Shown: positions 7,501 to 17,470, numbered from the stretch's first letter. The stretch is DNA of 40,141 nt from an uncultured Pseudomonadota bacterium (GCA_900313285.1 OMQP01000001.1:1-40141); one strand, 5' to 3'. A program made the numbers and translations. Notes: a model not told the origin generated them from the letters alone.

Positions 7501-8247
7501 ATGGGGGAAATCATGGACCAGGATGAAAATTTAGATTTATTAGATTTAGAACAGGACGCGGAAGTAGACACGTTGCCAGAGGCAGCACCGTTTACAACAC
7601 CACGTCCAAAGAAACCATGGCTTTTGATGGGGGTTGGTATCGCGATTATCGTATTGGCAACATGGATAGTTGTTGCACGTATCGGTGGCGATTCGGGTAC
7701 AACAGTAAATGTTGATTTAGATACACCTGTTGAAAAAGTTGAAGCGGTTCCTGCACCTGTTGCAGATTTGAATGTTCCTGCAAAACCAGTGGAAGCCGTT
7801 CCGGCAGCTAAACCAGAACAAAAAACACCAGAGGCGAAACCGGTTGAAACAAAACCTGTAGAAACAAATGGTACCCCTGTCCGTGTGGTCAGCGACAGAA
7901 AAGAAGTGACATTTAATCCTGATAAACCTGCAACAAAACCTGTGGCGAAACCTGCACCTGTGAAAAAAGCAGTTGCACCAGCACCAAAACCAGTTGCAAC
8001 ATCAACAGGCAGTGTATATGTTCAATTTGGTTCATACAGTACACGTGCATTGGCCCAGGCAGCAGAACAAAAAATACGTGCATCTCACAGCAGTTTGTTT
8101 TCGGGCAAACAATTCGTTATCTTGGCTGCCCAGGTTAAAGGGCAAACAACATACAGATTGCGTGTGGCATTCCAAAATGCAAATGACGCAAATGGTTTTT
8201 GCAGAAATGCAAAATCAGATGGTCTTGATTGTTACGTAACAAAATAA
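7501..8247 (+). CDS. SPOR-domain protein (TM anchor, Pro/Lys/Ala-rich linker)
   Basis: TM helix WLLMGVGIAIIVLATWIVVA. KP(V/A)E-type linker repeats. The C-terminal SPOR fold is VYVQFGSYSTRALAQ..YRLRVAFQNANDANGFCRNAKSDGLDCYV. The start may be ATG 7513, which has GGGGA as an SD. Confidence 0.8.
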   Translation: MGEIMDQDENLDLLDLEQDAEVDTLPEAAPFTTPRPKKPWLLMGVGIAIIVLATWIVVARIGGDSGTTVNVDLDTPVEKVEAVPAPVADLNVPAKPVEAVPAAKPEQKTPEAKPVETKPVETNGTPVRVVSDRKEVTFNPDKPATKPVAKPAPVKKAVAPAPKPVATSTGSVYVQFGSYSTRALAQAAEQKIRASHSSLFSGKQFVILAAQVKGQTTYRLRVAFQNANDANGFCRNAKSDGLDCYVTK

Positions 8248-8262
8248 TAAAAGGGGAGAATC

Positions 8263-8448
8263 ATGAGTATGCCAGGTGGGACAGAAATAATAATAATTGT
8301 TATTCTTATATTGGTTTTGTTTGGATCTGCAAAGATTCCTTCGATTGCTAAAAATATTGCAAGCGGAATTAAAACTTTCAAGAAAGAAATGAAAGATGAA
8401 CCAAAAAAAACACCAGCCAAGAAAAAGCCGGCTGCAAAAAAGAAATAA
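8263..8448 (+). CDS. tatA: twin-arginine translocase subunit TatA/E
   Basis: 61 aa. TEIIIIVILILVLFGSAKIPSIAKNIASGIKTFKKEM is the typical TatA TM helix plus amphipathic helix. SD aagggga. Confidence 0.85.
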   Translation: MSMPGGTEIIIIVILILVLFGSAKIPSIAKNIASGIKTFKKEMKDEPKKTPAKKKPAAKKK

Positions 8449-8462
8449 AATTATTGTAATAT

Positions 8463-8496
8463 AAAAAAATACCGCCCAAACTGGCGGTATTTTTTT
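8463..8496. terminator. bidirectional terminator between tatA and dksA
   Basis: aaaaaaaTACCGCCcaaactGGCGGTAttttttt, with an A-run and a T-run flanking the stem. Confidence 0.75.
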
Positions 8497-8926
8497 AATG
8501 TTTTCTTTGTTCGTATTCTTCCTGTTCTTCAACAGTCATTGTGGCCAATGGACGCGCCAGCATTCTTTGCAGGCCGATTTCATCGCCAGATATAACACTG
8601 TATCCGAAAGTGCCGTTTTCAATACGTTCAAGGGCTGCATTTATTTTTTGTAATAAATTTGTATTACGTTCAGACATACGCAAATTCATTGTGATTTCTT
8701 GTTCTGCAGCTGCTTGATCTTGTTCATCACCAACACCAGCAGTTTCATTTTTTTCAGCCATACGAACATCATTTAATACGGATGCGCGGTCATCCATCAA
8801 TTCGTCACGTTGAGTGTTTAATAACTGATAAAAATATGCTAATTGTTCAGGGCACATATATGGTTCAGATTTTTTTGGAACATATTTTGGTGCCAATTCG
8901 ATATTTTTATAATTCTTTTTTACCAT
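8495..8926 (-). CDS. dksA: RNA polymerase-binding factor DksA (Cys-less zinc-finger region)
   Basis: The coiled-coil tip is DEQDQA (DxxDxA). The C-terminus RIENGTFGYSVISGDEIGLQRMLARPLATMTVEEQ aligns with the DksA C4 finger, but all four Cys are replaced. Confidence 0.85.
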   Translation of the reverse strand: MVKKNYKNIELAPKYVPKKSEPYMCPEQLAYFYQLLNTQRDELMDDRASVLNDVRMAEKNETAGVGDEQDQAAAEQEITMNLRMSERNTNLLQKINAALERIENGTFGYSVISGDEIGLQRMLARPLATMTVEEQEEYEQRKH

Positions 8927-8927
8927 T

Positions 8928-9248
8928 TTATGATGCCTTTAATTCTTGAATCCATTGTTGAAGGGTTTCTTCGTCCATTAAACCAGTACGCGCTTCTTTT
9001 AATTCGCCGTTTTTAAAAGCCAAAACGCTTGGTATGCTGCGAATACCAAATTTTGCAGGACTGCGTCGATTTACATCGTCAATTTCAAATTTTACAAAAT
9101 TCACGTCAGGTTCGCTTTCGGATACACTTTCAAATATTGGGCCAAACATTTGACAAGGACCACACCAAGAAGCCCAAAAATCCACCAAAGTTAAACCCTG
9201 TGCGACCATTGAATCGAACGTTTCATCATTAGCGTGTTTCAGTGCCAT
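8928..9248 (-). CDS. trxA: thioredoxin
   Basis: 106 aa from ATG 9248, with SD aggaga. The active site is WASWCGPC. The track ORF's upstream extension to 9407 has no support. Confidence 0.9.
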   Translation of the reverse strand: MALKHANDETFDSMVAQGLTLVDFWASWCGPCQMFGPIFESVSESEPDVNFVKFEIDDVNRRSPAKFGIRSIPSVLAFKNGELKEARTGLMDEETLQQWIQELKAS

Positions 9249-9267
9249 CTTTTTTCTCCTTATGTTG

Positions 9268-9295
9268 TTGATATTTCGTTCAAGTCTATTATAAT
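9268..9295 (+). promoter_or_regulatory. promoter-like site TTGATA-16-TATAAT upstream of sufS
   Basis: -35 at 9268-9273 and -10 at 9290-9295. Confidence 0.45.
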
Positions 9296-9322
9296 CACAG
9301 AAAAAAGCAAGAGAAAAACGAC

Positions 9323-10435
9323 ATGAAAAAATTCGTGTATTTTGATGCAGCTGCCAGTTGGTTAAAACCACAATCTGTGATTGAATCTGAAATCGATTTT
9401 CTGGCAAACAAATATGCTAATGCTGGACGTGGAATATGTTCCCGTGCAGAAGGTGTGGACATGTTGATTTCTGGTGCCAGACATACTGTGGCGGATTTCA
9501 TTGGTGCAAATGTGGAAAATATTGTTTGGACGTCTGGTACAACTGATGCGTTCAACAGAATTGTAAATATTATAAAAAATACGATTTCTAATAAATGTCC
9601 AATGGTCGCTGTTTCTGATTTAGATCATCACAGTGCACGTTTACCGTTTGAAATGTTGGCACAAAAAGGTGAATGTCAAATTACTAATATTCCACTTAAT
9701 GACGATTTGAATATAGATATTGAACATATGCCAAAGGCTGATATTTATGTTATAACCGCCATGTCAAATGTGCTGGGCATTCCTCAGGATATTATTGCAA
9801 TTACACAAACAATTCGCACAATAAACCAAGATGCAATTATAATCGTTGATGTTGCGCAATATGTTGTACATAACAGAATAGATGTTAAAAAATTTGATTG
9901 TGATTTTCTTTGTTTTTCCGGACATAAAATTGGGGCAGATACGGGCATTGGAGTATTGTATATTAAAAAACCAGATGTTTGGAATGTTGATAAATTTGGT
10001 GGTGGTATGGTTAACAGAATAATTAGTCCTGAAAACATAGTTTTAAACCAATCACCTGAAAAATTTGAAGCAGGGACTTTGCCTTTGACACAGATTATTG
10101 GTTTGCCATATGCTGTAAAATATTTATCAAACTGGAATGGCGGACACGATTTGATTGAATATATGTATGATGAATTATCAAATTTGGATAATGTAAAAAT
10201 TATCACAAAACGTGATGCGTGTATGCTTTCGTTTATTGTGAAAAATATGCATGTTTTAGATTTTGGGGCAATGTTGGGGACGCGCGATATTTGCGTTCGT
10301 GTCGGTAACATGTGTGCATCATGGATACATAAATATTTAAATATAGATGGCAGTATTCGTATATCTGTCGGTCCGTGGAATACAATGGATGATGCACGAT
10401 ATGTTGTTGATGTAATCAAAGATTTGGTGAAATAA
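9323..10435 (+). CDS. sufS: cysteine desulfurase (SufS-like, class V aminotransferase)
   Basis: The PLP-lysine motif is FSGHKIG. The C-terminal active-site Cys is in VRVGNMCASW. The gene is followed by sufT and sufE. At 370 aa it is shorter than typical SufS. Confidence 0.8.
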   Translation: MKKFVYFDAAASWLKPQSVIESEIDFLANKYANAGRGICSRAEGVDMLISGARHTVADFIGANVENIVWTSGTTDAFNRIVNIIKNTISNKCPMVAVSDLDHHSARLPFEMLAQKGECQITNIPLNDDLNIDIEHMPKADIYVITAMSNVLGIPQDIIAITQTIRTINQDAIIIVDVAQYVVHNRIDVKKFDCDFLCFSGHKIGADTGIGVLYIKKPDVWNVDKFGGGMVNRIISPENIVLNQSPEKFEAGTLPLTQIIGLPYAVKYLSNWNGGHDLIEYMYDELSNLDNVKIITKRDACMLSFIVKNMHVLDFGAMLGTRDICVRVGNMCASWIHKYLNIDGSIRISVGPWNTMDDARYVVDVIKDLVK

Positions 10436-10436
10436 G

Positions 10437-10751
10437 ATGACTGTGACTCGTGATGCTATTATTAACGAAATAAAAAAAGTGTATGACCCTGAAATTCCGG
10501 TCAATATATGGGATTTAGGTTTGATTTACGATATCGCGATAAATCAAGACAGTGTTTATATTGAAATGACTTTTACATCACCAACGTGTCCAATGATGGA
10601 AGACATTTTGGATCAGGTGAAAACAAATGTTGAAACTGTCAGTGAAGGAAAACCAGTAAATGTGAAATTGGTATGGGATCCTGCGTGGGATTTATCACGA
10701 ATGAGTGATGCTGCGCGTGTTGAACTGGATTTAACAGAGCAGGGATGGTAA
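10437..10751 (+). CDS. sufT: Fe-S assembly protein SufT (DUF59/MIP18 family)
   Basis: VYDPEIPVNIWDLGLIYDI and FTSPTCP motifs. Confidence 0.8.
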   Translation: MTVTRDAIINEIKKVYDPEIPVNIWDLGLIYDIAINQDSVYIEMTFTSPTCPMMEDILDQVKTNVETVSEGKPVNVKLVWDPAWDLSRMSDAARVELDLTEQGW

Positions 10752-10754
10752 AAA

Positions 10755-11117
10755 ATGACATATGATGATATAAAACACGCTTTATCTATTCTGGAAGATC
10801 CAAGTGATAAATTAGAATTGGTAATGGATATTGGAAAAAATCTTGAACCTGTACCAACTAATGCTAAATGTACAGAAATTACCGGGTGCGCATCGTTTGT
10901 TGAAATATGTGAAAAGGACGGGCGTTTTTATGGTGTCGCTGATTCAATGATGGTTCGTGGTATTGTCGCGATTATTTTGGCTATGGTTGCTGGTAAAACA
11001 CATGAAGAAATACGAAATCTGGATTTATTAAACGAATTTAACAGTTTGAATTTGCACTTTGGTGCATCGCGATTAAATGGCATTCAATCTATGATTAGTT
11101 TTTTTCATAATTTGTGA
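10755..11117 (+). CDS. sufE: SufE-like sulfur acceptor
   Basis: 120 aa. The ITGCASFV active-site Cys loop is present. The gene lies after sufS-sufT. Confidence 0.75.
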   Translation: MTYDDIKHALSILEDPSDKLELVMDIGKNLEPVPTNAKCTEITGCASFVEICEKDGRFYGVADSMMVRGIVAIILAMVAGKTHEEIRNLDLLNEFNSLNLHFGASRLNGIQSMISFFHNL

Positions 11118-11147
11118 TAGAATATATAGCAAGGAAGGATTGTATTC

Positions 11148-11438
11148 ATGCGTGACGACGAAAAAATGTTTAATATAGGCATCGCTATGTTGATGGGCGT
11201 TGTGTTTATGATTGTTTTTTTACAGGTATGTTATCGTGTACAAAATAATAATCTTAGAGAAGTGCGACATGATATGGAAACAACGCAACATGAAACTGAT
11301 ATTGCTGGAACAAAATTGTCAGCATTAGTGTCGGCGGATATGTTAAGAAATTCTGTTATTGGAACAAATCCGCATGCAGAAACTGTTTCTTTCAGCAAAA
11401 CAGTACATATAGATAATATACCAATGGTGCAAGAATAA
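11148..11438 (+). CDS. ftsL: cell division protein FtsL-like (single TM)
   Basis: Small bitopic protein (IGIAMLMGVVFMIVFLQV). It sits immediately upstream of ftsI and overlaps it by 1 nt (TAATG). Confidence 0.6.
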   Translation: MRDDEKMFNIGIAMLMGVVFMIVFLQVCYRVQNNNLREVRHDMETTQHETDIAGTKLSALVSADMLRNSVIGTNPHAETVSFSKTVHIDNIPMVQE

Positions 11439-13102
11439 TGAATTTCAATATTGGCAAAGATATTTTACCACATGAATACAAAGGTGCTGTTTATAACCGG
11501 GAAAGCGCCGGGCGCTTGCATTGGATCAAGGTATGTTTTGCCGTTTTGTTTTGTGTTTTTATTGCGCGTACTTTGCAATTAGGCTTTCAAAGCAGTGATT
11601 ATAAAAAAGGTAATGGCAGATCTGTTGAGATAGAAAGTAGGGCAGATATAGTAGACAGAAATGGTGTGGTTATCGCGAAAAGTGTTAAATCTGGGCATAT
11701 AAAATTATTTCCACCACGTGTCAAAGAAAAAGACGTAAATGAAGTTGCAGCTGTGATACATAAAATTGCGCCAATGGATTACAGTTTAGAAGATGCATTG
11801 AAATTAGTTCGTTCCGGAAAGCGTGGTTTGTATATCAAAAAGAACGCAACTGAAGAACAAATGAAAGATGTTAAAGAAGCGCACAGAAAATATAACTGTT
11901 TCGAAATAGAACAATTTACAAAAAGACGTTATCCGCAAAGTAATGTTTTCGCGCATGTCGTTGGGTTCGCGGGTAAAGATGCGGGATTAGAAGGTGTTGA
12001 ATTTACATATGATAAATATTTGCGTGAAAATAAAGATCCATTGAAATTATCCATAGATGCACGTGTGCAAAATATTTTTCACGAACAGTTAACTATCGCT
12101 ATGAATAAATATCATGCCAAAGGTGCGCTGGGAATGTTGATGAATTCGAGTACAGGAGAAATGATTGCAATGGTTCAGTTGCCTGATTTCGATCCAAATA
12201 ATATAAATTCAAGTCCTGTAAATGTGCGTAAATTTAAATTGATGCGTGATAATTTTGAAATGGGATCTATATTCAAAATATTTAATACTGCTATGGCATA
12301 TGAAAATGGTTTAGAAAATAAAAATTACAAAGTTGATGAACCATTAATGATTTATGATAAATTTGGCAGAAAGGCATTATTAAAACCTATAGATGATGTT
12401 TCATCGTTTAAACGTGATGTTGTAAAGAAAATGGGTAAAAAAACATTAAAGGCCCCAGAAATCATGTTGCATTCTTGCAACGTTGGCAGTGCACGTATAG
12501 CGCTTGATTTTCCAGAAGGTACACAAAAAGAATTTTTCCATAGATTAAAATTTGATAAATCTTTACAGTTAGAATTTGGAAAAACAGAAACAGCATTAAC
12601 ACATAGAATCTGGGGACCCGCAGAAAAAGCAACTGCTGCATTTGGACATGGTGTTACAGTAACACCAATGCATTTATTGTTGGCTGTTAATGCTATGACA
12701 AATGGTGGTATTTATATTTATCCTACATTACTAAAAAGAAATATTGGTGCCGTACGTGGAGAACGTGTTTTAGATACACAAATATCTGCGAAACTGCGTG
12801 ATATTATGTTTCATATTGCAGAAGAAACAACAGCAAAAAAAGCCCGGGTAAAAGGAATAGATGTTGGCGGTAAAACAGGAACGGCAGAAAAACGTCATGC
12901 TGACGGAACAACCGACAGTAAAAGAAATTCAACCGTGTTTACTGGTGTATTTCCAGTTTCTGCACCACAATATATTATTTTGATCATGTTGGATGAACCG
13001 CAAGGGACAAAAGAGTCGGGTGGTTGGAAAACTGCTGCGTGGAATGCTGTGCCAACAGCGGGTGCAATATTAGATGGTATCATGCCATTGCTATTTGAAT
13101 AA
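11438..13102 (+). CDS. ftsI: peptidoglycan D,D-transpeptidase FtsI (PBP3)
   Basis: N-terminal TM anchor. SxxK (GSIFK), SxN (HSCN) and KTGT motifs are present. Confidence 0.9.
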   Translation: MNFNIGKDILPHEYKGAVYNRESAGRLHWIKVCFAVLFCVFIARTLQLGFQSSDYKKGNGRSVEIESRADIVDRNGVVIAKSVKSGHIKLFPPRVKEKDVNEVAAVIHKIAPMDYSLEDALKLVRSGKRGLYIKKNATEEQMKDVKEAHRKYNCFEIEQFTKRRYPQSNVFAHVVGFAGKDAGLEGVEFTYDKYLRENKDPLKLSIDARVQNIFHEQLTIAMNKYHAKGALGMLMNSSTGEMIAMVQLPDFDPNNINSSPVNVRKFKLMRDNFEMGSIFKIFNTAMAYENGLENKNYKVDEPLMIYDKFGRKALLKPIDDVSSFKRDVVKKMGKKTLKAPEIMLHSCNVGSARIALDFPEGTQKEFFHRLKFDKSLQLEFGKTETALTHRIWGPAEKATAAFGHGVTVTPMHLLLAVNAMTNGGIYIYPTLLKRNIGAVRGERVLDTQISAKLRDIMFHIAEETTAKKARVKGIDVGGKTGTAEKRHADGTTDSKRNSTVFTGVFPVSAPQYIILIMLDEPQGTKESGGWKTAAWNAVPTAGAILDGIMPLLFE

Positions 13103-13144
13103 ATTTGTATTATAATTATACCGATAATAAAAAAAGAGTATAGA

Positions 13145-14899
13145 GTGCGTAAGATAGTTGAAAAATCCATGCTTGGAAAAGTATGGGCAGTGTCGGATAA
13201 TTATGAACAAGAAATAGATTTACGTGATACAGAAAATTTAGTAAAAAAAATTCTGAATTCACGCGGTATAATTGGCGATACTGAAATAGAAAGATTTTTA
13301 CATCCATCAATCAAGGAATACATGCCTGATCCTTTTGTGTTAAAGGATATGGATGCTGCAACACGTATAATCGCAGATGCAATTTGTGAACATAAAAAAA
13401 TTGCGATATATGGTGATTATGATGTAGATGGAATTACTTCTACTGCGATTTTTATTAAATATTTGCGTGCTTTGGGTGTTGATGTTTCATGGCATTTGCC
13501 AACACGTGAAGGCGAAGGTTATGGTTTAAATGTATCTGCAATTGAACAAATAGCACAAAGCGGTGTCGGTTTGATGATAACTGTGGATTGTGGAATAAGC
13601 GGTCTTAATGAAGTAGCAAAAGCAAAAGAATTAGGATTGAAAATAGTTATCACAGATCATCATTCGCCAGATAACGTTTTACCAAATGCCGATGCCATTG
13701 TTAATCCAAAACGCCGTGACGATACGTCGGGATTGTCTTTTTTGGCAGGTGTTGGGGTGGCTTTCTTGACGTTGGTTGCATTAAATCGTGAATTGAAAAA
13801 CAGAAACTTTTTTAATGAAAATGTTCAACAAATAAATTTATTAAATTATATGGATTTTGTCGCACTGGGGACAATATGTGATACTATGCCACTTGTTGGA
13901 TTGAACAGGGCTTTTGTTTCGACAGGATTAAAAGTTTTAGGTTTGCGTCAAAACTTGGGACTTAAAACTCTTATGGATTTGGCGGGAATAAAACAACCTT
14001 CTGTTTATGCTGCTGGTTTTGCAATAGGACCACGTCTTAATGCAGCAGGACGTCTTGATTCTGCATCACCTGCGCTGGATTTGTTGTTAACAGATAATCC
14101 TTTGATTGCTAATGATTTGGCAAATAAATTGCATCATATGAATCAGGAAAGAATAGATATACAAAATGCAATTATGCTGTCTGCAACTGATATGGCAGAT
14201 CATTGTTGCAGGGATGGTAAATGCAGCTTGTTTGTTTGTGGCGATAATTGGCACGGTGGTGTTATGGGAATTATCGCAGGACGATTGAAAGATAAATATA
14301 ATTTGCCTACATGTGTTGCTACGCGTAATGATGGTATTATAAATGGATCTGGACGTTCTATACCTGAAATTGATTTGGGTAAAATTATACATGATGCATT
14401 ATCCACTGGAATTTTATTAGAGGGCGGTGGTCATTCTGCGGCTGCTGGATTTACATTAAATGTTGAACACGAACAGGATTTTTGTGATTTCCTTGAAAAA
14501 TCAGTTAAAGAACAATTACAGGGTAAAACCCCAAATCCTGAAATATTTGTTGATGCACAAATTGATGCAAGTGGTGCAACAATGAAACTGGTGGATGCTT
14601 TATCTGAAATTGCACCTTTTGGACAATCTAATCCGGAACCAACATTGGTATTAAATGGTTGTATATTAAAATTTGCAACGGTTATGGGTAATGGTGCACA
14701 TTTACGTGGCATGGTTCGTACCAGCAATGGTGGCCAATTAGCATTCGTCGGATTTAATTTGGTTGGGACTCCTGTAGGTGATTTTCTGCTGGACGATGCA
14801 AATATAAATACTAAAATAATGATGTTGGGCAAACTGAAAGAAAATGAATACAATGGACGTGCAAGCGTTCAATTCACACTTGAAGATATGGCAATATAA
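13145..14899 (+). CDS. recJ: single-stranded-DNA-specific exonuclease RecJ
   Basis: GTG start. DHH-family motifs are YGDYDVDGITS, ITDHHSP and GGGHSAAAG. Confidence 0.9.
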   Translation: MRKIVEKSMLGKVWAVSDNYEQEIDLRDTENLVKKILNSRGIIGDTEIERFLHPSIKEYMPDPFVLKDMDAATRIIADAICEHKKIAIYGDYDVDGITSTAIFIKYLRALGVDVSWHLPTREGEGYGLNVSAIEQIAQSGVGLMITVDCGISGLNEVAKAKELGLKIVITDHHSPDNVLPNADAIVNPKRRDDTSGLSFLAGVGVAFLTLVALNRELKNRNFFNENVQQINLLNYMDFVALGTICDTMPLVGLNRAFVSTGLKVLGLRQNLGLKTLMDLAGIKQPSVYAAGFAIGPRLNAAGRLDSASPALDLLLTDNPLIANDLANKLHHMNQERIDIQNAIMLSATDMADHCCRDGKCSLFVCGDNWHGGVMGIIAGRLKDKYNLPTCVATRNDGIINGSGRSIPEIDLGKIIHDALSTGILLEGGGHSAAAGFTLNVEHEQDFCDFLEKSVKEQLQGKTPNPEIFVDAQIDASGATMKLVDALSEIAPFGQSNPEPTLVLNGCILKFATVMGNGAHLRGMVRTSNGGQLAFVGFNLVGTPVGDFLLDDANINTKIMMLGKLKENEYNGRASVQFTLEDMAI

Positions 14900-15849
14900 T
14901 GGAAAATAAAATAAAAGTTTTAATAGATAAAATCAAAAATGCTAAATCTATTGTGATATCAGGGCATAAAAATCCTGATGGTGATTCTTTATGTTCTGCA
15001 TTGGCTTTGATGAAGATAATAGAATTAAATTTCGGTAAAAAGTCCACTGTCATTTATGATGGAAATGTGCCAAAATTTTTAGATGAAATTCCATTAAGAA
15101 ATCAAACATGTTTTCATGTTCATATTCCAGAAAGTACTAAGTTTGATTTGTGTATTTTGGTAGATTATGGAACGCGCAGTCATCTTGGCGGGGCAGAAAA
15201 ATTTGTTGCTGCTGCAGATTTTATAATTGAATTTGATCATCATTTTAATGACGATTTAGTTGGAAATTTATGTTTTGATGATACAACCAAGGCTGCCGCA
15301 TCCCAGGTTATTTATGATGTCGTAAAGTCAGCAAAATTTAAAACAGATAAAGATATAATTGATTTGTTAACTTTGGGAATAATTACAGATACAGGTGGTT
15401 TTAAATTTGTTCGTAATAGTACCGTGTTAAAGGATGCCGCGGAACTGGTTGATTCTGGGGCTGATATCGCATATTTAACTAATCTGTTAAATAACAGTGA
15501 TAAAAAAACTGTTTTGGTAGAATCTATGGCTGCAGCCAATGCTGAATTCTTAATGAAAGGGCGTCTTGTTATTGCAACAATCGCAAAATCTGATTATAAA
15601 AAATTAGATGGTCGCGGAGAATTAGTATTAAATATACTTGGTCAGATACATGGCGTTGAATATATTGTTCTATTAAAAGAACAAAAAGAAAATCAAATTG
15701 GAATATCTTTACGTAGTAAACATGATCCCATAAATAAAATAGCAGAAGATTTAGGTGGTGGTGGGCATTTGTGTGCTGCCGGGGCAGTGGTGAAAGACAG
15801 TTTGGAAAATGTTCGCGAACAAATCATAAATGCTTTCAAAGGAAAATAG
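14899..15849 (+). CDS. DHH/DHHA1 phosphoesterase (NrnA-like oligoribonuclease/pAp phosphatase)
   Basis: Motifs HKNPDGDSLCS, EFDHHFND and GGGGHLCAAG. It overlaps the recJ stop by 1 nt. Confidence 0.75.
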   Translation: MENKIKVLIDKIKNAKSIVISGHKNPDGDSLCSALALMKIIELNFGKKSTVIYDGNVPKFLDEIPLRNQTCFHVHIPESTKFDLCILVDYGTRSHLGGAEKFVAAADFIIEFDHHFNDDLVGNLCFDDTTKAAASQVIYDVVKSAKFKTDKDIIDLLTLGIITDTGGFKFVRNSTVLKDAAELVDSGADIAYLTNLLNNSDKKTVLVESMAAANAEFLMKGRLVIATIAKSDYKKLDGRGELVLNILGQIHGVEYIVLLKEQKENQIGISLRSKHDPINKIAEDLGGGGHLCAAGAVVKDSLENVREQIINAFKGK

Positions 15850-16464
15850 ATGAAAAAAATAATATTAATATTTGTTTTGATTTTTAACTGTACATTTGCA
15901 AATGCTGCGGTAGATAAACAGTTGGTTATAAAAGCTGAAAAATATTTAAATTCTGTTACAGGGCTTTATGGGGATTTTACGCAAAATGCGAACGGAAAAA
16001 CAGAAACAGGTGTATTTTCTATGTTGCGTCCAGGACGTGTTAAATTAGATTACAAAGATGCACCGATTCAATTGGTTTCTGATGGTAAAGATTTATATTT
16101 TTATGATAAATCATTGGATCAAATTACAACAGTGCCGTTAACAAGTACACCTGCTGGAATATTGGTTCGTAAAAAAATAGATTTACAAAATGCAGATATT
16201 AAAGTTATTGAAACATCATCTGGTAAAGATACTTTTACTTTGAAGATGGTTTTACGTGACCAAGAGGGATTAGGTAATATGTCAGTTGTATTTAATAAAA
16301 GTCCTGTACGTTTGAATTCTTGGTCTGTGGTTGACGCCACGTCTGCAAAAACAGACGTATATTTTTATAATTTAAAGAATAAAACAGATTTTGGTAAAAA
16401 CTATTTTCAATTATCACGTCATAAAACAGTCAGCACTAATGATGGTGATGACTTTTATGATTAA
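15850..16464 (+). CDS. lolA: outer-membrane lipoprotein carrier LolA
   Basis: Signal peptide, then GDFTQ...G.FSMLRPGRVKLDY, the pattern typical of LolA. Confidence 0.75.
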   Translation: MKKIILIFVLIFNCTFANAAVDKQLVIKAEKYLNSVTGLYGDFTQNANGKTETGVFSMLRPGRVKLDYKDAPIQLVSDGKDLYFYDKSLDQITTVPLTSTPAGILVRKKIDLQNADIKVIETSSGKDTFTLKMVLRDQEGLGNMSVVFNKSPVRLNSWSVVDATSAKTDVYFYNLKNKTDFGKNYFQLSRHKTVSTNDGDDFYD

Positions 16465-16472
16465 GGTTTAAT

Positions 16473-16742
16473 ATGTTTGGAATTAGTTGGACTGAATTTT
16501 TAGTAATATTATTAGTTGCAATTTGTGTTGTGCCTGCCAAATATTGGCCAGATGTTGCACGTTTTTTTGCACGTTGTGTAAAATATATTCGCAATTTAAT
16601 ATGGAAAATAAATGATTTCAGCGAAGAAATTCAACAACGCATAGAACTTGAAAAGCCAATAGATGATTTAATATCAAACGCAACAAAAGATATGTTTCCA
16701 GAAAAGGTTTCAACAAAGAAAAAAAAGACCAGTAAAAAATGA
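16473..16742 (+). CDS. tatB: twin-arginine translocase subunit TatB
   Basis: MFGISWTEFLVILLVAICVVPAKYWP is a TatA/B-type N-terminus. The gene overlaps tatC by 4 nt. Confidence 0.75.
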   Translation: MFGISWTEFLVILLVAICVVPAKYWPDVARFFARCVKYIRNLIWKINDFSEEIQQRIELEKPIDDLISNATKDMFPEKVSTKKKKTSKK

Positions 16743-17446
16743 AAATGACGATGATGCAACATTTTTCAGAATTAAGACGCAGAATATTGTGGTGTCTGTG
16801 CGTTTTTGCGTTTTCATTTTGTTTTGGTTGGATTGTTTCGCAACATGTTGAATTTTTTTTGACTTTGCCTTTGTTGAACATATGGCATAATGCAACGCTT
16901 TTATACACTGGTATAACAGATGGTCTGATGATACAGCTTTCTTTGGCAACATTGGTTGCATTGGTGATAACCGTTCCTGTATTATTATGGCATATATGGG
17001 CATATATTGCCCCGGGTTTACATAAAAACGAGAAACAATTTTTGATACCGATTTTTGTTTTGTCGCCAATATTGTTTATGCTTGGTGTGGCTTTTGCCTT
17101 TTATATTTTATTTCCATTTGTTTTTAGATTCTTTTTAGAAATGAACGAAGCAGCAAATTTGCCTGTTGTTTTATTACCAGCTGTTACTGGTTATTTAGCT
17201 TTTGCTGTTAGTTTATTAAAAGTTTTTGGTTTGGCTTTTCAATTACCTTTGGTTTTAATTGGTTTGAACAGGGTTGGTGCCTTGTCAAAACAAAGTGCAA
17301 TTAAAAGTCGCAGATACGTTATTATAGGTGTTTTTGTTTTGGCGGCGATGTTGACCCCGCCGGATGTTGTGTCTCAAATTGTGCTGGCTCTTCCTATGTG
17401 GTTGCTCTTTGAAATCAGTATTTTGTTTATGCGCGAAGACGCATAA
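16739..17446 (+). CDS. tatC: twin-arginine translocase subunit TatC
   Basis: 235 aa, six TM segments. HFSELRRR N-terminal motif and the C-terminal LTPPDVVSQ motif. Confidence 0.9.
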   Translation: MKMTMMQHFSELRRRILWCLCVFAFSFCFGWIVSQHVEFFLTLPLLNIWHNATLLYTGITDGLMIQLSLATLVALVITVPVLLWHIWAYIAPGLHKNEKQFLIPIFVLSPILFMLGVAFAFYILFPFVFRFFLEMNEAANLPVVLLPAVTGYLAFAVSLLKVFGLAFQLPLVLIGLNRVGALSKQSAIKSRRYVIIGVFVLAAMLTPPDVVSQIVLALPMWLLFEISILFMREDA

Positions 17447-17470
17447 GTGTTTTATTTTTTGCTATTTTTA

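Noticed and set aside
7740-7990. Short KP(V/A)E / KPVETKPVET repeats
   Set aside because: This is an ordinary Pro/Lys-rich linker of a SPOR-domain protein. It is in frame and is not a mobile or regulatory repeat.
9249-9407. Upstream extension of the thioredoxin ORF
   Set aside because: ATG 9248 has a strong SD (aggaga) and gives a canonical 106-aa thioredoxin. The extension overlaps the sufS promoter and start.
9784-10419. 211-aa minus-strand ORF inside sufS
   Set aside because: It is an antisense shadow ORF of a well-supported gene, with low-complexity composition and no start signals.
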